A DNA stretch of 17,827 bases from Candidatus Thorarchaeota archaeon (lineage in GTDB: Archaea; Asgardarchaeota; Thorarchaeia; Thorarchaeales; Thorarchaeaceae): the NCBI GenBank assembly GCA_048882385.1, contig JBHLRQ010000067.1:1-17827 (forward strand), read 5' to 3'. The notes under the pieces are model-generated. The model saw only the letters and a program-made list of their open reading frames with translations. It had not been told where the DNA came from and did not search any database. The position numbers were made by a program, and so were the translations under genes. How positions within the stretch are numbered: position 1 is the first letter of the stretch; every line of letters starts with the position of its first letter. Shown piece by piece: positions 15,240 to 17,827 of this stretch.

Positions 15240-16444
15240 TCTGTGTTTAACACACCTCTGACATATGACACAAGATGATTATAGAGGTTCATTGAATCCT
15301 CAACATCATGGAAACCTCCCGTATAGTTTTCACTACTTCCTCCACCTTTTCCACCTTGGTTTAATACTGCTTCAGAGATGTAGTATTTCGCATCATGTTT
15401 TGTATGATATGTGCGGAGGATCACCTGTGCCTTCTTACCTGGCGCAAAGAGAAGTAGGATAACAGGTTCAGAGAAAGATAGTTGGTTGGCGAGGTTCTTG
15501 AGAGTCTTTGACTCAAAACCCGGAAGATACTCATGTCTGAATTCAACCGGACCTACCTTTTCCATATTTGCTCCTTTGGTTACGAGTTGGTTAATCTTCT
15601 CAATCATCAGATTCTTTTCATCAACTGCCATCTTTGCCCTATCAAGAATAGCTCCTATCTGTTCAATCTCAAATGGGTAGGTGTACTTTCGTTGAAGAAC
15701 ACTGTTGTATAGATCTCTAGTCATAGATAATGCCTTTTCTCCAGAAACGAACTCGATTTTCGTATTGTGGTCTACATGTTTAACATCAGTCACCTTGAAG
15801 AATCCAATCTGACCAGTTCTTTCAACATGAATCCCTGAACAGGCAGATCTGTCCAGTTCTCCCACCTTCACTATTCGCAAAATATTATGTTTATTGATCA
15901 GTCCTTCCCGTGCTCTGACGCTCGGATCAATTTTGTCAGCATCTGCAAATTCAGTCTGAACAGGAAAATCGAGACTAATGATTCGTTGAACATCTTTCTC
16001 AGCAACAAAAACATCTCTGAATGACAAATTGACGTTCATAATCTCAACACTCCCGTGTTCACCATCTATCCACAAACCACCGATTGCAAGGTCAGGAACC
16101 ATTTTTTTCAGAGATGATACAAAGATATGCTCAGATGTGTGATTCTTCATCATCGCAGTACGCCACTCAATGTCAATGTCAAGTTGGCCCTCAGACTTCA
16201 CTGAAACTGGACTATCAGAAACGAGCAAAATCTTCTCTGAATCAATTATTGTGTCACGGATTGAAACATGTCTGTTTTTAACAGAGAGGGTCCCTCTATC
16301 CCCTGCTTGACCACCTCCAGCTGGTCTAATCACATCTTCCCTGATTTGAATTTGAAAATGGTCCTTCGTTTGTCTAATGTCTTCAACAAACACCATGAAG
16401 GATGTTGTATATGGTTCAATCCAATATGGCGGTCTATTGTTCAA
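15236..16444 (-). CDS. Free-standing alanyl-tRNA editing protein (AlaX, long form with C-Ala/DHHA1 domain)
   Basis: PAGGGQAGDRG, the zinc-binding motifs HTSEH (HxxxH) and CSGIH (CxxxH), TGQIG, and C-terminal GGKGGG. TTG start. The stop overlaps the convergent GT stop. Confidence 0.9.
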   Translation of the reverse strand: MNNRPPYWIEPYTTSFMVFVEDIRQTKDHFQIQIREDVIRPAGGGQAGDRGTLSVKNRHVSIRDTIIDSEKILLVSDSPVSVKSEGQLDIDIEWRTAMMKNHTSEHIFVSSLKKMVPDLAIGGLWIDGEHGSVEIMNVNLSFRDVFVAEKDVQRIISLDFPVQTEFADADKIDPSVRAREGLINKHNILRIVKVGELDRSACSGIHVERTGQIGFFKVTDVKHVDHNTKIEFVSGEKALSMTRDLYNSVLQRKYTYPFEIEQIGAILDRAKMAVDEKNLMIEKINQLVTKGANMEKVGPVEFRHEYLPGFESKTLKNLANQLSFSEPVILLLFAPGKKAQVILRTYHTKHDAKYYISEAVLNQGGKGGGSSENYTGGFHDVEDSMNLYNHLVSYVRGVLNTD

Positions 16445-16532
16445 CAGTTTTCACATGTATTGAGTATTTACTCATTGTCAAAACTGTTTCCACTACTAGC
16501 ACCAAAATCGGACTCCTTATTTTCACCTTCGC

Positions 16533-16546
16533 CGAAAGCGATATAG
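16533..16546 (+). promoter_or_regulatory. BRE/TATA-like promoter for the SNAP-like gene
   Basis: cgaaagcGATATAG lies about 43 nt upstream of ATG 16589, with SD-like GAGG at 16576-16579. Confidence 0.4.
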
Positions 16547-16588
16547 CGGAACTCAAGTATTTCGTGTTTAGAATAGAGGCATACTGAC

Positions 16589-17827
16589 ATGTTCAAGTTC
16601 ATGAAATCCGATCCAGTCAAGAAGGCTAAGAAACACATCGAGAAAGCACTGATTGAAATTGAGGAAGGATATCCAGAGTTTGCTAGTGTGGAATATGAGA
16701 AGGCTGCGCGTCGATTTCTTGAAGTAGAGCAGACAGATTTTGCAGTCAAATATTTTCGAGAAGCCGCCTATTATGCACTTGAGAAAAATGACCATTTTCG
16801 GTGCGCTGAGATGAAAACAGCTGGCGCAGAGTGTCTTCTCTTGGAAGGTAGATATGATGAAGCTGGAGGTCTTTATTCCGAATCCTCAGATCATTGGTAT
16901 AGGGAGAAGAAATCAAAGGAAGCGAATCGAGCACTTGGAATCGCAATTATTGGTTATCTCGCTGCACGTAATTTTGACACAGCTACTAATGTAATGCGAA
17001 AAGCCGAGAAACGTTTGAAGGACACCTCATCTAAGAAAGATTCAATCTATTCCCTGGCTGAACTTTGTGTAAGAATTCTATGCGAAGGTGAAGATGTTAA
17101 GAAAGACACTTTTGAAGATGTGGCTAAACGAGCAAAGCCCAATGAACCTGAACAATCGCTCGTAACATTCGTTACCGAGTCCACAAGATTGGCAATTGAT
17201 ACTGAAGTATCATTAGAGTGGGCTGGAGCGCCGCAGGAAGAAGTGAAAGTAAAGGAGCCACTCGAACTTGAAATCCGCTATAAATGTCCTGCTGCGGTTC
17301 GTATTGTGGATCATCGATTATCCCTCTCCAATAGTGTCATCGTCATAAAGGAACCTGATTATTCTCAAACTCCCGCGAAAGAAGAATCATGGCTACTTGA
17401 ATTCAAACCTGTATTGAGTGGCTCAGGTAGTATTGGCCCTTTCACAGTTACACTTGAGGGTGACAAAGTTCTGGTCAATAAACATAGTAACACAATTGAG
17501 TTCTCAATAGCGAGAGCTCCTTCACATATCACATTAGATGTCAAACCTGAGAGAGTTTCATGTAATCTAGGAGAGGAAGCTGTACTCGAAGTCACAGTTC
17601 TAAATGAAGGCGATGGTCCTGCTGAGAATGTAAATGTAGTAGCAGAGCTTTCTGATGGTTTGGAAATCTCTCTTGGAAATGAAGAGAAGCTGATAAACTT
17701 TCTAGGTAGCGGAGAAAATGTCAGATTCCAGCTTTTCGTACGTGCGGTGGGTCAGGGAGAAGAATTAGCTACGATAAAAGCTGTTGACGGGCGATCTGGG
17801 ACAGAGGTTGTGAAAACCTCAATGGTC
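16589..17827 (+). CDS. TPR/SNAP-like alpha-solenoid followed by two Ig-like beta-sandwich domains; runs off the window and is absent from the ORF track
   Basis: 413 stop-free codons, translated by hand: MFKFMKSDPVKKAKKHIEKALIEIEEGYPEFASVEYEKAARRF...GRYDEAGGLY...IIGYLAARNFDTA...EPLELEIRY...GSGSIGPFTVTL...LGEEAVLEVTVLNEGDGPAENVNVVAELSDGL...LGSGENVRFQLFVRAV...VVKTSMV. No signal peptide or TM segment is visible. Confidence 0.85.
   Translation, partial: MFKFMKSDPVKKAKKHIEKALIEIEEGYPEFASVEYEKAARRFLEVEQTDFAVKYFREAAYYALEKNDHFRCAEMKTAGAECLLLEGRYDEAGGLYSESSDHWYREKKSKEANRALGIAIIGYLAARNFDTATNVMRKAEKRLKDTSSKKDSIYSLAELCVRILCEGEDVKKDTFEDVAKRAKPNEPEQSLVTFVTESTRLAIDTEVSLEWAGAPQEEVKVKEPLELEIRYKCPAAVRIVDHRLSLSNSVIVIKEPDYSQTPAKEESWLLEFKPVLSGSGSIGPFTVTLEGDKVLVNKHSNTIEFSIARAPSHITLDVKPERVSCNLGEEAVLEVTVLNEGDGPAENVNVVAELSDGLEISLGNEEKLINFLGSGENVRFQLFVRAVGQGEELATIKAVDGRSGTEVVKTSMV

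Noticed and set aside
16468-17595. Minus-strand ORFs 16468-16749, 16568-16795, 16746-16946 and 17365-17595
   Set aside because: They are antisense shadows of the 413-codon plus-strand ORF starting at 16589.
1-17827. CRISPR arrays, tRNA/rRNA genes, transposases, integrases or defence systems
   Set aside because: No regularly spaced repeats, cloverleaf-like segments or mobility/defence motifs were seen, and the intergenic gaps are all under about 200 nt. This was by eye; tRNAscan-SE and Infernal were not run.

Overview
Archaeal chromosomal window with about 40% GC (estimated by eye), densely coding, and no rRNA, tRNA, CRISPR array or mobile element that I can recognise. The archaeal-type TrpRS, Nre homolog and BRE/TATA-like promoters indicate an archaeon. 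Two eukaryote-like proteins suggest an Asgard archaeon, possibly Thorarchaeia (inference). Gene order: end of a CBS-domain gene; a helical protein resembling eukaryotic CINP/C1orf109(AIRIM); an HdeD/DUF308-like membrane protein; a peroxiredoxin-fold protein lacking its catalytic Cys; a five-gene minus-strand ion-homeostasis cluster (amphi-Trp protein, PhoU-like protein, NhaP-type antiporter, SERCA-like P2A ATPase, CaCA antiporter); trpS; two tandem YdjG-like zinc-ribbon membrane proteins; a degenerate Nre; a GT-C glycosyltransferase; an AlaX editing protein; and an ORF absent from the supplied track (16589 to the window end) with a gamma-SNAP-like helical solenoid followed by two Ig-like domains. 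The most interesting items are the CINP/C1orf109-like protein, the SNAP-like/Ig protein and the Ca/Na/phosphate cluster. All homology calls come from motif recognition and remembered sequences, not from searches.
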